Shown here one piece after another: positions 1 through 11,755 of a stretch of 35,766 nt of DNA. The stretch is from Octopus bimaculoides (taxonomy: Eukaryota), in the NCBI RefSeq assembly GCF_001194135.2, contig NC_068988.1:62065349-62101114 (forward strand), read 5' to 3'. Below the pieces are notes generated by a model that was not told where the DNA came from, made no database searches, and was given only the letters and a program-made list of their open reading frames with translations. The translations under genes and the position numbers were made by a program. Every line of letters begins with the position of its first letter. Position 1 is the first letter of the stretch.

Positions 1-400
1 TATACTCTTTACTTGTTTCAGTCATATGACTGCGGCGATGCTGGAACACCGCCTTTTAGTCACAGAAATCGAACCTAGGTCTTAATCTTTGTAAGCCTAG
101 TAATTATTCTATCGGTATCTTTTGCCAAACAACTAAATTACGGGATATAAGCACACCAACATCGGTTGTCAGTCTATAGTAGGAGGTTGGGAGGGGCAAA
201 CACAGACACACAAATACATATATGTATATATATATATGACGGACTACTTTCTGTTTCTGTCGACAAAATCCACTCACAAGGTTTTAGTCGACCCGAGGCT
301 ATAGCAGAAGACACTTGCCGAAGGTGCCACGTAGTGTGACTGAACTCGGAGCCAAGTGGTTGGGAAGCGAGCTTTTTACCACACAGCCACTCCTGCGCCT
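1..400 (-). mobile_element. Near full-length tRNA-derived composite SINE (family 1): tRNA head, CORE-like segment, (TA/CA) linker, 3' module
   Basis: The minus strand starts AGGCGCAGGAGTGGCTGTGTGG, with an A-box-like motif at 379-389 and a B-box-like GAGTTCAGTC at 338-347. It continues GGCACCTTCGGCAAGTGTCTTC and ends CCAGCATCGCCGCAGTC...TGAAACAAGTAAAAGAG. Pieces of the same sequence recur at least 5 more times in the window. Confidence 0.85.
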
Positions 401-837
401 ATATATATACATATGTATTTTACATATATGCGCGCGTGCGCTACGTATTCGGGTGTATATATTACTGTGTATGATTGCTTGTATGATTAAATGCTTAGAT
501 AAGATATTTATTAAATATGAAATATATGCACATATATACATTCACATAAACCTTCTATATATTTGTAATCACATGTATGCGTACACACACACACATATAT
601 ATATATATATANNNNNNNNNNNNNNNNNNNNNNNNNNNNNNNNNNNNNNNNNNNNNNNNNNNNNNNNNNNNNNNNNNNNNNNNNNNNNNNNNNNNNNNNN
701 NNNNNNNNNNNNNNNNNNNNNNNNNNNNNNNNNNNNNNNNNNNNNNNNNNNNNNNNNNNNNNNNNNNNNNNNNNNNNNNNNNNNNNNNNNNNNNNNNNNN
801 NNNNNNNNNNNNNNNNNNNNNNNNNNNNNNNNNNNNN

Positions 838-908
<71 letters not shown>

Positions 909-1637
909 TTATTTATATATGCAGAAGGAAGTAAAAAGAAAAAAGAAATGTTTTTTATATTTTCTTTGATAAATGTTATTGCAAATAGCCGACTTGAATT
1001 GCAAATTCAATTTAGAAAATTACATTTTTTTTTGCAACTGTTAAAAACACATTAAAATATTGGAATATTAAAACAGACCAATATTCACCCAACCTCCATC
1101 GTCAACCTAGCGTGAAAGCAATTAGAATTAAGCATTAGCAATCACTTATAAAAGTCGTAAAACTTCTATGTCTCAAAACGCCAAGACATGAAGAGACAAT
1201 ATGACAATTATATGTCGCTTAATATCACGATACATGCCTATAATATAATTCCATTGACCCGAATGATCGAACGTTTGAATCTAAATAATAATTAAAGTTA
1301 CACTTTCTTCTGCTTTTGGTTTTATTTATTTATTAATTTGTTCATTTATTTATTTATTTATTTATTACTTCAGAGACAGATACGAGATAGATTTTCATCA
1401 GTTCAATAATCTTCAAGATTCAAAATTATTGAATGATCGCTAATTATATCGTATGGTAGTCGCATATATCGTGTAAATTTTTCAATTCATTTCATTTTTG
1501 ACTTTTCATTATATTTATGGTCTGTTGAAACGTTAGGCTGAGAGCCCCCCTACCACTACACACACACACACACACACATACACACACACACACACACACA
1601 TACACACACAGATATTTCGTGTATGTGTATTGAGACC

Positions 1638-1683
<46 letters not shown>

Positions 1684-2350
1684 NNNNNNNNNNNNNNNNN
1701 NNNNNNNNNNNNNNNNNNNNNNNNNNNNNNNNNNNNNNNNNNNNNNNNNNNNNNNNNNNNNNNNNNNNNNNNNNNNNNNNNNNNNNNNNNNNNNNNNNNN
1801 NNNNNNNNNNNNNNNNNNNNNNNNNNNNNNNNNNNNNNNNNNNNNNNNNNNNNNNNNNNNNNNNNNNNNNNNNNNNNNNNNNNNNNNNNNNNNNNNNNNN
1901 NNNNNNNNNNNNNNNNNNNNNNNNNNNNNNNNNNNNNNNNNNNNNNNNNNNNNNNNNNNNNNNNNNNNNNNNNNNNNNNNNNNNNNNNNNNNNNNNNNNN
2001 NNNNNNNNNNNNNNNNNNNNNNNNNNNNNNNNNNNNNNNNNNNNNNNNNNNNNNNNNNNNNNNNNNNNNNNNNNNNNNNNNNNNNNNNNNNNNNNNNNNN
2101 NNNNNNNNNNNNNNNNNNNNNNNNNNNNNNNNNNNNNNNNNNNNNNNNNNNNNNNNNNNNNNNNNNNNNNNNNNNNNNNNNNNNNNNNNNNNNNNNNNNN
2201 NNNNNNNNNNNNNNNNNNNNNNNNNNNNNNNNNNNNNNNNNNNNNNNNNNNNNNNNNNNNNNNNNNNNNNNNNNNNNNNNNNNNNNNNNNNNNNNNNNNN
2301 NNNNNNNNNNNNNNNNNNNNNNNNTATATATATATATATATATATATATA

Positions 2351-2546
2351 ATAAAAGCGGAATGTAAAAATACATTGGGAAAGATATATCGTAAAGAATT
2401 CAAAATTATTTATGAATATACGAGTGGCCAAAACATGCAATATATATATATATATAATAAAAGCGGAATGTAAAAATACATTGGGAAAGATATATCGTAA
2501 ACAATTCAAAATTATTTATGAATATACCAGTGGCCAAAACATGCAA
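2351..2546. repeat. Two copies of a 90-bp unit with a (TA)n spacer (period 106 bp) beside a 641-N gap
   Basis: ATAAAAGCGGAATG...CAAAACATGCAA starts at 2351 and at 2457. The copies differ at 2 positions. Confidence 0.9.
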
Positions 2547-2784
2547 TCAAAAAACTTTTTCATAAAAGAAGAGTAGAATAAATCACAATTATAACGTTGG
2601 CGGTTGCAGAACCCCTTACTTACATGTGCAGAAACAACAGTCAAAACCGCTATAAAGCTAATATAACTACTCATATAATATATCTGCACAATAAAAGTGG
2701 TTGTCGGGCGATATGACATAAAATTCAAAGCTTAAATAAAAAATAAAGGTTATATGTATGTATATATCAATGTCTGTCTGCCTC

Positions 2785-2992
2785 GTTGTGTCTGTTTGTT
2801 CCGGCACCATCGCTTGACGACCGATTTTGGTGTGTTTACTTCGCATGAATTAGTAGTTTGTATAAAGAGCCCGATAGAATGAGTACTAGACATAAAGAAG
2901 TCATGGAATATATACTTTCGACTAAAATCCCCTTTAAGGCGGTACTTCAGCATGGCCGCAGTGAGTTGACTTAAAGATGCAAAAGTAAAGAA
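2785..2992 (+). mobile_element. SINE family 1, 3' module fragment
   Basis: Contains ACCGATTTTGGTGTGTTTAC...GATAGAATGAGTACTAG...AAGGCGGTACTTCAGCATGGCCGCAGT, the reverse complement of the module at 1-200. Confidence 0.8.
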
Positions 2993-3191
2993 CAAAAGGA
3001 TATGTTTGCATTTACGGAAAATTTCTAATTTGCAATTCAGCAGCGTTGTGGAATTCTTTGATCTAAATAGGATATACAATCTTTAAGCTTAAAGATCGCA
3101 CATCTTGATTTACAAATTGTAATGACCAGGTGCTCAGATTCGTAGAATTGCTTACAAATACAAGGCGTGTTATTAAAACTTGCTTAGGCTA

Positions 3192-3386
3192 CATCTCCAA
3201 CGCATGAAACTATTAGTAGCTTGTACCTATATACGGTTTGCATTAAATAATATTCATCTCTCACTTGATGGAATTCTTTTCTTTTGTTGACCTTACCATA
3301 AAGGAAAAATAAAATATAATCTCATACAAACATATATACATACATCCATACATGCATGCTACTACATACATATGTATGTATATATC

Positions 3387-3420
<34 letters not shown>

Positions 3421-3624
3421 NNNNNNNNNNCATCTCCAACGCATGAAACTATTAGTAGCTTGTACCTATATACGGTTTGCATTAAATAATATTCATCTCT
3501 CACTTGATGGAATTCTTTTCTTTTGTTGACCTTACCATAAAGGAAAAATAAAATATAATCTCATACAAACATATATACATACATCCATACATGCATGCTA
3601 CTACATACATATGTATGTATATAT
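3192..3624. other. 194-bp exact direct duplication across a 10-N placeholder gap, probably a contig-overlap artefact
   Basis: 3192-3385 is identical to 3431-3624. The two copies are separated only by (CA)n and 10 N. Confidence 0.8.
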
Positions 3625-3689
3625 AGATACACATCCGTGCACACACACGTGTATATACACACATACGCGCACTTACTCAATGGTTAAAT

Positions 3690-4620
3690 ACAGTTCCCAG
3701 TGAATAATGTGACAAATTACCGTTATACACTCTCTTTAGTCACTTTCTCACAGTCACTCACAACTCGTCTGTGTCATCAAATCCTTGTTTTCATTAGATA
3801 AGTCATTGTTCATTAGTTCAGTCAAGAGAAAGTCGAAAGGTAGCAAATCCTGTCTGTGAAGTGGATGGGGTTCAAATCACGTGAGCAAATTTTCAGATTC
3901 TCTTATTTGCTGCCAGGTCTTGTATAGTCACACATTTGAGCGTTTTCAGATTCTATTCCTGTACTATCCTTTTAATATCATTCTGTAACGTATGCTTTAA
4001 AAACCAGTTGTTGTTCATAGTACAAACACATTCTAGGAAATCATGGTGAATGCAGGGCTTGTCACTAAAAGTAATCTCCATGTCATCCTGCAGCTATTAC
4101 TCAGTTTTGAACCTCTTAGTTCCTGCAGGAGAAAAGCAACACTATTCTATAGACAAGACCTTCGTTTCCGAATCACAACATCCATTCTGTTTCATTCTGT
4201 CACTCTGTCATAAGAATACCTCGCTTCATCAGCTTCAAGATCTTCCAGGAAATAACAGCAGACTATTATCTTTCTCTACATCAAACCCATTGTCAACCGC
4301 CATTTTATCGTATTTGCAACGACATCTCCATGCCGAAATTCTTTCAGTATCTCTTGTAAAGAATTTTGAACAGAGTCCATCTGTGCAGCACGCTCACAGA
4401 TCATGACTCATAGGTCTGTGCGAAGCAATACGTACACAGGTTGGTAATTTGTGTGCTTGACTTTAGAACGATAGCAGTTTCCTTCCTGTTGATTTCCATC
4501 TGTACACATTGCTGTTTCGTCAATTTCCGTAAACAGGCTTTAGTCTCCTGTGTATATCGGTTGGTCTACACATCTCATTCACAAGAATTCCCCGATGATT
4601 TTACGTGGCTTCCATTTAAA
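3690..4620 (-). mobile_element. Decayed mariner transposase (fossil with many stops and frameshifts)
   Basis: Hand translation of the minus strand gives PTDIHRRLKPVYGN (HTH, like PxDIHRRLxxVYG), KRFKT...HHDFLE (like KKFKT...DFLE) and EPHPLHRQDLLPFDF at 3831-3873 (like PHPPYSPDLAPSDF), all in colinear order. Confidence 0.75.
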
Positions 4621-6559
4621 AGTTATTAATTGCTTGCATGGAAAAATACGCGAGAATGTTACTCTAGAGAAAGAGCTATTACGCATATAGACAATTTGGA
4701 CGAAATAAGCCACTTAACACAAAAACAAAACAAAAAAAATAAAAAAACTTAGCTCAGATTTTATTTTTATAGCACTCACTAGCGAAAGTTCTTTGTGTGT
4801 GCAAATGTATGGTGAGCGTCAGATATCAGGTTTATGAAGGAGGCAATTTGGGGTTTGTTGTATAAGCCTCTATAGGCTTGGAAACTCAGAGTGGGTCGTA
4901 GAACTGCCTCCAGTAGAACACACATTATCTGCGCATATATATATATATGTATATATATNNNNNNNNNNNNNNNNNNNNNNNNNNNNNNNNNNNNNNNNNN
5001 NNNNNNNNNNNNNNNNNNNNNNNNNNNNNNNNNNNNNNNNNNNNNNNNNNNNNNNNNNNNNNNNNNNNNNNNNNNNNNNNNNNNNNNNNNNNNNNNNNNN
5101 NNNNTATATATATATACGCACAGACAGACGCACGCACACACACACACACACACACACATATGTATGTGTATGTATATGCCTCTATTCGCGTGTACTTTAG
5201 TGTGCTTGTACGGTATGTATCGCATTACATGCCTCTCTATTTGTATACACTTACTGCTACAAATGAGAGAGATGGAGAACCTAATACATACACAATGTCT
5301 TGTCACTGATCATCATGAATTTAGTTGCTCCGCTCTAATTCTACTTCCTTACATATCCGTCACTACCGCCATCGAATAACGGATATTCTTCAATAAAAAT
5401 AAGTATCTCATATTCTATAGTTGTGTGTCGAATTTTCGAGCAATATATTCCATTATTTTCATTGCTTTTGCTATTAAGGTTTAGATTCATGTCAATTCTA
5501 TTATTACAGAGCGAGCTCCAAATAAACCTGCACAATGCCTGTTTACCTCCAGTAATTTCTTGCTAATATTAACCAAGCAACGATTTAATTTTAACTTGTT
5601 AAAGCAGCTATTTCTTGTACATTGATAATCAATCGACATAGGCCTACACCTACTTGCATCAATGAATCACAATTTAGGAGTTGAAAGCCCGGATTAATAA
5701 GCATTTCGTGACATAAACTCTAAAACAAATACACCAGAAGAAACTTCCACATACATGTATATACACACGTAGGGCAACAAATACACACACAAGCATTCAG
5801 GTGTGTGTTTATGTATATATGTATGTTTTTATGTGGGTATGTATATATAAAACCAAACAACTACACAAACACAAGCGTTCGCAGATACAAACAGTTTTAT
5901 CAATGCTTTTACTGGTATTATGAGTGTTAAGTTTATTCAGTGCAGTTCAGTACACGATATCCAATTGTCTACAATTTACATTATATGTAACCTGAATGCG
6001 TTATTCATTTTTCCAACACGGTCAGTAGCAAATTGTCTTGGTGTATTGTGCCACTGGCTATTAGGTATTCATATACATGACTATTAATTAGCACTTCTCT
6101 TTCTATCTCACCCTCTCTCACATTTTTCACTCAATCTCCCCCTCTCTCTTTCTATCTCTCAGGAATCGAGTATTTCCGACACGTTATGAAACAGATATCG
6201 AAAATAATTTCCTGTGATTGTTTTTTCGTTTTCATTTCTTTTTTTTACGTTCACGTGTGATCTCTAAAAAACATTATCTGATAGTTAATGGCAGAATAAT
6301 ATTCGAGACAGTTTATACTTACGATTTATGCCTTAACACAATATTTCTCTATTCCCCTTCTATAATTGTATTTCTATACCCTTCAATTTGTTTTCATATT
6401 TCTGTATTGTCCATTCTTATATATTTGATTTTGTTGTGTTACTTTAACACCCTCCGCACAACCAACATTAGTTTCTCCTTGTGATTCGTATATATAGGCT
6501 AAAATTATATATATATATATATATATGTACGCGTAGGTATGTATCTCATCTTTAATCTG

Positions 6560-6770
6560 CTGCTTGTTTCAGTCATTAGACCGGAAACAGTCTTCAAGAA
6601 TTCTTAGTCGGACGAAGCGACCCCAGTATTCCTTTTTTTTTCTCATGCCTGATACTTAGTCTATCACACATTTTGTCGAATCTTTAGCTAACGGGGACGT
6701 AGATACATAACAAGTTGCCCGTCGTTGGTGGCTGACAAAGACAGAGTAAATGGTAGACACACACACATTG
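6560..6770 (-). mobile_element. SINE family 1, degenerate 3' module
   Basis: CTTGTTTCAGTCATTAGAC...GACCCCAGTA...AACGGGGACGTA matches the module at 1-200. Confidence 0.65.
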
Positions 6771-6799
6771 CTGTGTGGTTACTATCAACATTTTCCTGA

Positions 6800-7416
6800 T
6801 GTATTTTTTCCTTTTAAGTGTTTTATTTCTGATATATCATTTGGTTTTGAGAATATATCTCCGTATGTTAGTTAGTTTATAGGGTTCATTGCTATATCCA
6901 AGTCCCTATCTAGGTTATTTTCCTTCCAGATTTCATATGTACATGTTGTGTTTTCGTTCTTTTGGTAGAACACTGCTGCAAAATAATCGTGTAGGATTGA
7001 AATGTATTTCTCACGTGACCATTTCTGCTTTTCTGATTTTATTTGCGGGGCATGCGGAATAACGTCCGGCCATTTATTTTGACGATCATCATTTTCGTAG
7101 GGTACCGGTCCGTTCATTTCTGGAGTTAAATGGTTTTCCACCTGTGGTTTTTCGTACTTTTGTGTAACCAGTTTAAAGTACATACTTCATGATTGTTATT
7201 CTTGGGCCGAATAATACATGTATTATTGAATTTATAAATTTTTTTTTATGCATGGTGTTTGGGGACGGAGAGGAACCGGTGTTGTTTGGATCATAATGTG
7301 GTGAGCGTGTTTATATGTGCTGTGCTGGCAATTAACATGATATACAGTAAAGTACATCAGAAATAGATTTCAATGAGTATAAACTTACTCGCATATAGTC
7401 CAACCCTTTGGCGGTA
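6800..7416 (-). mobile_element. 5' portion (5' UTR plus ORF N-terminus) of an R4/Dong-clade non-LTR retrotransposon; 3'-truncated and frameshifted
   Basis: The ORF at 6872-7183 contains KQKWSREKYISILHDYFAAVFYQKNENTTCTYEIWKENN and, after a frameshift, KLTNIRRYILKTK. This resembles the KW(T/S)REE...TYEIW...NKLANVRRDI N-terminal motif of R4/Dong ORFs. The fragment begins immediately after an (AAT)n array. Confidence 0.65.

Positions 7417-7497
<81 letters not shown>
7417..7497. repeat. (ATT)27 microsatellite, tail or target of the R4/Dong-like element
   Basis: Perfect ATT repeat read directly from the sequence. Confidence 0.97.
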
Positions 7498-7500
<3 letters not shown>

Positions 7501-8053
7501 TAGTCTTATTTTTATAANNNNNNNNNNNNNNNNNNNNNNNNNNNNNNNNNNNNNNNNNNNNNNNNNNNNNNNNNNNNNNNNNNNNNNNNNNNNNNNNNNN
7601 NNNNNNNNNNNNNNNNNNNNNNNNNNNNNNNNNNNNNNNNNNNNNNNNNNNNNNNNNNNNNNNNNNNNNNNNNNNNNNNNNNNNNNNNNNNNNNNNNNNN
7701 NNNNNNNNNNNNNNNNNNNNNNNNNNNNNNNNNNNNNNNNNNNNNNNNNNNNNNNNNNNNNNNNNNNNNNNNNNNNNNNNNNNNNNNNNNNNNNNNNNNN
7801 NNNNNNNNNNNNNNNNNNNNNNNNNNNNNNNNNNNNNNNNAGAGAAACGTTGTCATCTGCTGGTATTGATACATCAATTAGAAAGCATTTTTTTTCTTCA
7901 TGATCTTTGACAACTATATCTGGTCTATTTGCCTTAATTTCTCTATCTGTGTGTATTGGCATATCCCAGAGTATGGTTGCTTTCTCGTTTTCTGTGACCT
8001 TTTCTGGCGTGTGTTTATACCATCTTTTTTCTGTTGTTATTCCATAGTGTTGG

Positions 8054-8054
<1 letters not shown>
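7498..8054 (-). mobile_element. 5'-truncated R4/Dong-clade retrotransposon copy: restriction-like endonuclease (RLE) region plus 3' end; interior hidden by a 323-N gap
   Basis: The minus strand reads stop-free as CQHYGITTEKRWYKHTPEKVTENEKATILWDMPIHTDREIKANRPDIVVKDHEEKKCFLIDVSIPADDNVS, which carries the RPD...ID PD-(D/E)xK motif. The 3' end TTATAAAAATAAGACTACTG runs into (AAT)n, and (TAA)n lies on both sides. Confidence 0.88.
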
Positions 8055-8122
<68 letters not shown>

Positions 8123-8126
8123 CATT
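8055..8126. repeat. (ATT)22 microsatellite flanking the 5' truncation point
   Basis: Read directly from the sequence. Confidence 0.97.
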
Positions 8127-9412
8127 ATATAATGTTTTGAACTATTTTCAAATCACTCCAGGAAAACTGGATTATCACCAAGTTCTACTGCAAAAATAAT
8201 ACCTTTACAGTAATAATACTATAGATGGATTTCAAGGTAAATATTTTTTACGTTGTGCTTTCATTCATTTCAGCATGGTTCCTCGATGTGAAGCAGTTTT
8301 CAAATCTCATCAAGAAGGACTAACATTGAGCATTAACATGCAGCTAAAAGAAAATACAGAAAATATATTTATTTTATCAGGCGCGCGCACACACACACAC
8401 ACACACACATACACACACACACACATACACGCACACATATACATACATGCACATATATACGAACGTACATACATACATACATACATACACACATGCATAC
8501 ATACATACATATGTATATTTCGTCAAAGGAATGTTTTACAAATGAGACTTTAATTTAGACGTCTGAGAATTATTAACAATAAAGCATCGCTTTGTCTAGC
8601 ACTGCTAGCTATGATAGCGTATCAGACTATATTCACCATGTGCACCGAAATATATCTGCCGTATCTTCTTTGTCTGGAGGTCAAAGAAAATAGGTCAACT
8701 CTGTTATTTGATGTCAGAGGACATTCCCAAATTCGCTCAGTAGGCAATCAAATGATGGGAGTGGAACAAATTACTCGGGATGAAGTATATTTCTGCTTCT
8801 ATTGCTCCTCTTTCTTGCCTGTCTAGTCTTGTCACATATTGCTCCCGGGTTTGAATGAGTAAAGTCTAAAATTTAAACTCTAGATGACACGAACACATGG
8901 ACGATTAATACTTGTGGCAAACAGCATCGAATTGTTGGAAAGGAATGTGAGACTCAGTTTACATCGTTTAAAATGTGCTTGAAGGACTGAAATAGGGTTG
9001 ATAATTCCATATGTAGTATTTTTTCTTATTAGACATATTTCAAAACGGTTCTTTTGTGATATTACAGGATCTGTTGAACACAATAAAGGTAAGACGAATA
9101 AAAACAAATACTTCCCCTCAGCATTAAATACACAAAATTCATTGACGAAATGTAGTATCACAGATTAAAGCTATGCTAACAAACACAAAGACACCTGCAC
9201 GCACAAATGCGCGTTCGCGCACAGAGAGTACCGAATCTAACTAATTTAAGTTATAATAATAACAACAATAATAATGATAATAACAATAATAATAAAAGCA
9301 TTCAGACAACGCAACGCTAACCTCCTCTCAATGATTAGTAATAAGGAGTAAATATTCAGAAGTGAATATTTATAAGGATGTTATTATTGATATTATCATC
9401 TGCGGTACAGTC

Positions 9413-9612
9413 GGCGAGCTGGTAGAAAAGCTAGCACGCCGGGCGAAATGCTTAGCGGCATTTCGGCTGTCTGTACGCTCTGAGTTCAAATTACGCCGTG
9501 GACGACTTTGCCTTTCATCCTTTCGGGGTCGATAAACTAAGTACGAGTTGCGTACTGGGATCGATCTAATTGACAGGCCCCCTCCCCCAAAATGTCTTGC
9601 CTTATGCCTTGT
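9413..9612 (+). mobile_element. SINE family 2 (tRNA-like head GGCGAGCTGG, core GCCTTTCATCCTTTCGGGGTCGATAAA)
   Basis: A-box-like GAGCTGGTAG, B-box-like GAGTTCAAATT and a conserved core. The same family occurs at 17772, 18070-18620 and 26243. Confidence 0.85.
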
Positions 9613-9934
9613 AAAGATAATCATATGCGGTACATATAAATAGTTTATAATAGCAACAATAATGTAGGTGGTTCCAGGCTTTAAATAACAGTAGATAGCT
9701 AAAATTTATATTCATCATAAGGGCACGCAAGCCACGTACATGCTAGAAAGAAGTGTTAAAACCCTCAGTTAAACCACCAATAACAATGAAAAAAATTCAA
9801 CAGAAAAATTACGGTTGTCAGGCGTACGGGTTAAAGTTTATTAACATAGCAAGACAGCTCAATGCTATATATTTTGGTATGTGGATACACTTATATCATG
9901 ATATATATATATATATATAAGTACATACACAATA

Positions 9935-10070
9935 CGCTTCTTTCAGTTTCCATCTAACAAATACATTCACAAATCTCGTTAGACCGGGCCCATGATAGAA
10001 ACCACTTGTCCAAGTTGTCATGGAGTGGAACTGAACTCGGAACCAAGTGGTTGGAAACAAACTTCTTACG
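9935..10070 (-). mobile_element. SINE family 1, head fragment
   Basis: CTTCTTTCAGTTTCCATC...GAACTGAACTCGGAACCAAGTGGTTGG aligns with 245-365. Confidence 0.75.
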
Positions 10071-10299
10071 AGCAGACATCACATCTATGCCTTGTTTAGT
10101 ATTAGATGTCCAGGAACAAAGAAATTTGCCGCCTAATAAAAACTATTTTATTATTTTCAACTCTCTATTTTTCTCACAAGGTGGATTCGAGTTGTGTCTT
10201 TGTCTCTACCAGCAGTCATGCGTACTGCAAGCGCACATAATACACTTATATATATATGAGAAAGAGATCGGAATATAAAAGTGAGTGCTATAATTTTGA

Positions 10300-10415
10300 T
10301 TTCGATGTAAGTGTTGTAAGGCATGACAAATATGTGTCTCCGATTTGGCTGGGGAGTAGAAATTTTAGGTGGGGGGATAAGTCAATTACATCGACCCAGT
10401 GCTTCTGTTTTATCT
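10300..10415 (-). mobile_element. SINE family 2, degenerate 3' fragment
   Basis: GGGGATAAGTCAATTACATCGACCCAGTGC...TTTTATC is the reverse complement of the family-2 core and tail. Confidence 0.6.
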
Positions 10416-10429
10416 CCACCTCCCCGCAG

Positions 10430-10567
10430 AAGATTAAAAAAAAATGGAGATGCCGCGATGCATTTTGCCTGGTCTGCTGACGACTCTTCTAGCTTGATAC
10501 CTTATATGCTCCTTGATATTACTATACAACATGTGCAATTTTGTCACATTCAAATACTCCAGGGCAG
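10430..10567 (+). other. Candidate 138-nt exon of an unidentified transcript
   Basis: Acceptor ttctgttttatctccacctccccgcag| and donor CAG|gtgagt are both near consensus. The length is a multiple of 3 and one frame is open (RLKKNGDAAMHFAWS...QILQG). I recognise no homology. Confidence 0.3.
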
Positions 10568-11544
10568 GTGAGTGTCCTACGCTGGTTGTTAACACGTACA
10601 TACCTGTTCAAATCTTATCCAAATATGGACCTTAAACATTTTTCACGATACTGAGAAGCCTCAGGCAAATTCATGGTATACTTCGAAGCTTTCTCTAAAC
10701 CGTATATTTTGCATGAATATTTGACAATGACGGCCTTTTGTCTGAAGGGTCACCTTTCTGTGTTTTCGATATTAAACTGATAAATATGGCAATGAACCCA
10801 CACAGACATATAAACGTGTCATTCAAAACGTTTTCACACATTTTCCATCAATCCAATTTCATTCAAAATGTACTGGCGAGCGTGAGTCTAAAATTCAATA
10901 CATTTCCACAGTATTTTTCTCATTGTGACCGAAACTGCAATCATTTTATAACGAAAAGATATACCTAATATTTGCAGTCATGGCTCCGCAAAAACGGCCA
11001 TTTATGAATACCTATTTATAGATAATCGCTTCAACAAATCTATTTATTTTTCATGGTATTTCTCCTGGCAACGTTTATTGAGTTGTTAACCTGATGTACT
11101 TAACATAATGGAAAAACATAAAACGATTAATTTTACATCACGTTATGAGTCCAAACTAATATATGAACAAAATGGAAGAAGAATAAGCAGTATATAACAA
11201 TTTACTTAGACGGCAAATGACGGCCAACGACTCGCAAAAGCACTAGTGTATCGAGGCAAAACAAGAACAGTGATGGTATTGAAAACGAATATTTTGGAAT
11301 TTCAAATAATAGTTTCCAAATGCTTTGAGGTGATGTCACGTCCTCGAATTACTAAATGTAATTTAAGACACCCTGCATCATTTTTGAAATAGAATTTCAC
11401 TTGAAATAGAATACCAAGCATACTAGTACCCGAAACATCAATAATATGTGATGCAAGATGTCTACAACATAAATATAATGAATTAATGAACTTGGCTAAC
11501 TTCCATCTGAAATTTGTTACAAATAAATACATAGACACACACAC

Positions 11545-11755
11545 TGTATATGTGTGTGCGCGCATGTGTGTGCGTGTGTGTATGCATATATACATGTTCC
11601 TATGTGTTTGTGTGTATATATTATGTGTATATATATATATATATATATGTGTATATACACACGCGATCGCACACATACGCACACACACATACATACACAC
11701 GCGCGCGCACCCCCACACATCCACACACACACACACATATATATGTGTGTAGATA
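11545..11755. repeat. Alternating purine-pyrimidine tract forming an imperfect inverted repeat: TG-rich, (TA)n, CA-rich
   Basis: Left arm is TG/CG-rich, the centre is (TA)n at about 11628-11648, and the right arm is CA/CG-rich. Confidence 0.75.

Noticed and set aside
330-400. tRNA gene at the SINE heads
   Set aside because: A/B-box-like motifs are present but there is no cloverleaf, and each runs into SINE body sequence.
2351-2546. Repeat-spacer-repeat layout as a CRISPR array
   Set aside because: The unit is 90 bp, there are only two copies, the spacer is (TA)n, the context is eukaryotic and no cas genes are present.
8890-9010. RLILVANSIELLERN resembling RTE RT (DDLVLIAES..ELE)
   Set aside because: A single short motif without the catalytic YADD is too little to call.
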